Shown here piece after piece: positions 63,601-64,000 of a stretch of 64,000 nt of DNA (the stretch's first letter is position 1; each line of letters starts with the position of its first letter). The notes under the pieces were generated by a model. It saw only the letters and a list, made by a program, of their open reading frames with translations, was not told where the DNA came from and did no database searches. Source of the stretch: Salisapilia sapeloensis CBS 127946 (taxonomy: Eukaryota > Protista > Oomycota); NCBI GenBank assembly GCA_023334545.1, contig JAADVB010000018.1, positions 67,233 through 131,232 of the forward strand, in the 5' to 3' direction. The position numbers and the translations under genes are program-made.

Positions 63601-64000
63601 TAGTCTGGTCCATTTGTTGCTTAAAGTTACTACGAAAATTAGATAAGACGAAATCTGACAGCCTGATACGTAAACCTTCCATGATAGTTCTACCGGTCCA
63701 TCGTAGCGTCTGGCTCGTGAACATCGATCTGGATTAGGCTAGTCATTTGTTTGGATAGAGCCTTATCGATAGTGCCACTCTCGTGCAATGTTAGTTAGGA
63801 CATCATTGGAGAACGCACTTCTGGTGTCTGCTGTTAATGGAAACTTAAGAGAACTTGCTATTTCCTAGTTGCCTCTGTCTATAATGCTTTTGTCAGGTTT
63901 ATAATCTCCAAGAAATCTGGTCGCATCATCGCATCACATGCCCGTCCAAAGTTCATGACTTTGACTTGTAAGATTACTTGCAGCATCAATTGTACCGTAG

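Overview
Gene-dense eukaryotic nuclear DNA, very probably from an oomycete or a close pseudofungal stramenopile. The evidence is short (mostly 40-140 nt) GT-AG introns with CTAAC/CTGAC-type branch sites, an oomycete-style START-like+FYVE gene pair, a pogo-type DNA-binding ORF, a TEAP-repeat thaumatin-like protein, and flagellar genes (DNAL4, KATNAL2) implying zoospores. About 22 protein-coding genes could be modelled by hand, mostly alternating head-to-head (mostly 150-500 bp apart) and tail-to-tail (40-300 bp apart). Housekeeping genes are a DHHC palmitoyltransferase, TrpG, LIS1, RPS28, KATNAL2, DNAL4, an SLC44/CTL transporter, TMEM115, PRPP synthetase, GCP2 and an RCC1-BTB protein. The most unusual content: (i) two giant secreted repeat proteins (about 3,220 and 3,690 aa) with nested, domain-inside-domain architectures built from Ig-like repeats, bacterial-adhesin-type repeats, FG-GAP propellers, Calx-beta, laminin-IV, pentraxin/LamG and a GH32-associated CBM-like module; (ii) a stand-alone fatty acyl-AMP ligase-acyl carrier didomain ending in a Cys-rich CaaX-like tail; (iii) a pseudo-calpain; (iv) a GCP2 with an extra beta-trefoil-like domain; (v) an eroded 368-codon frame with only four amber/ochre stops. 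No rRNA, tRNA, CRISPR array or intact transposon was seen. All assignments come from motif recognition by eye; no database search was run.
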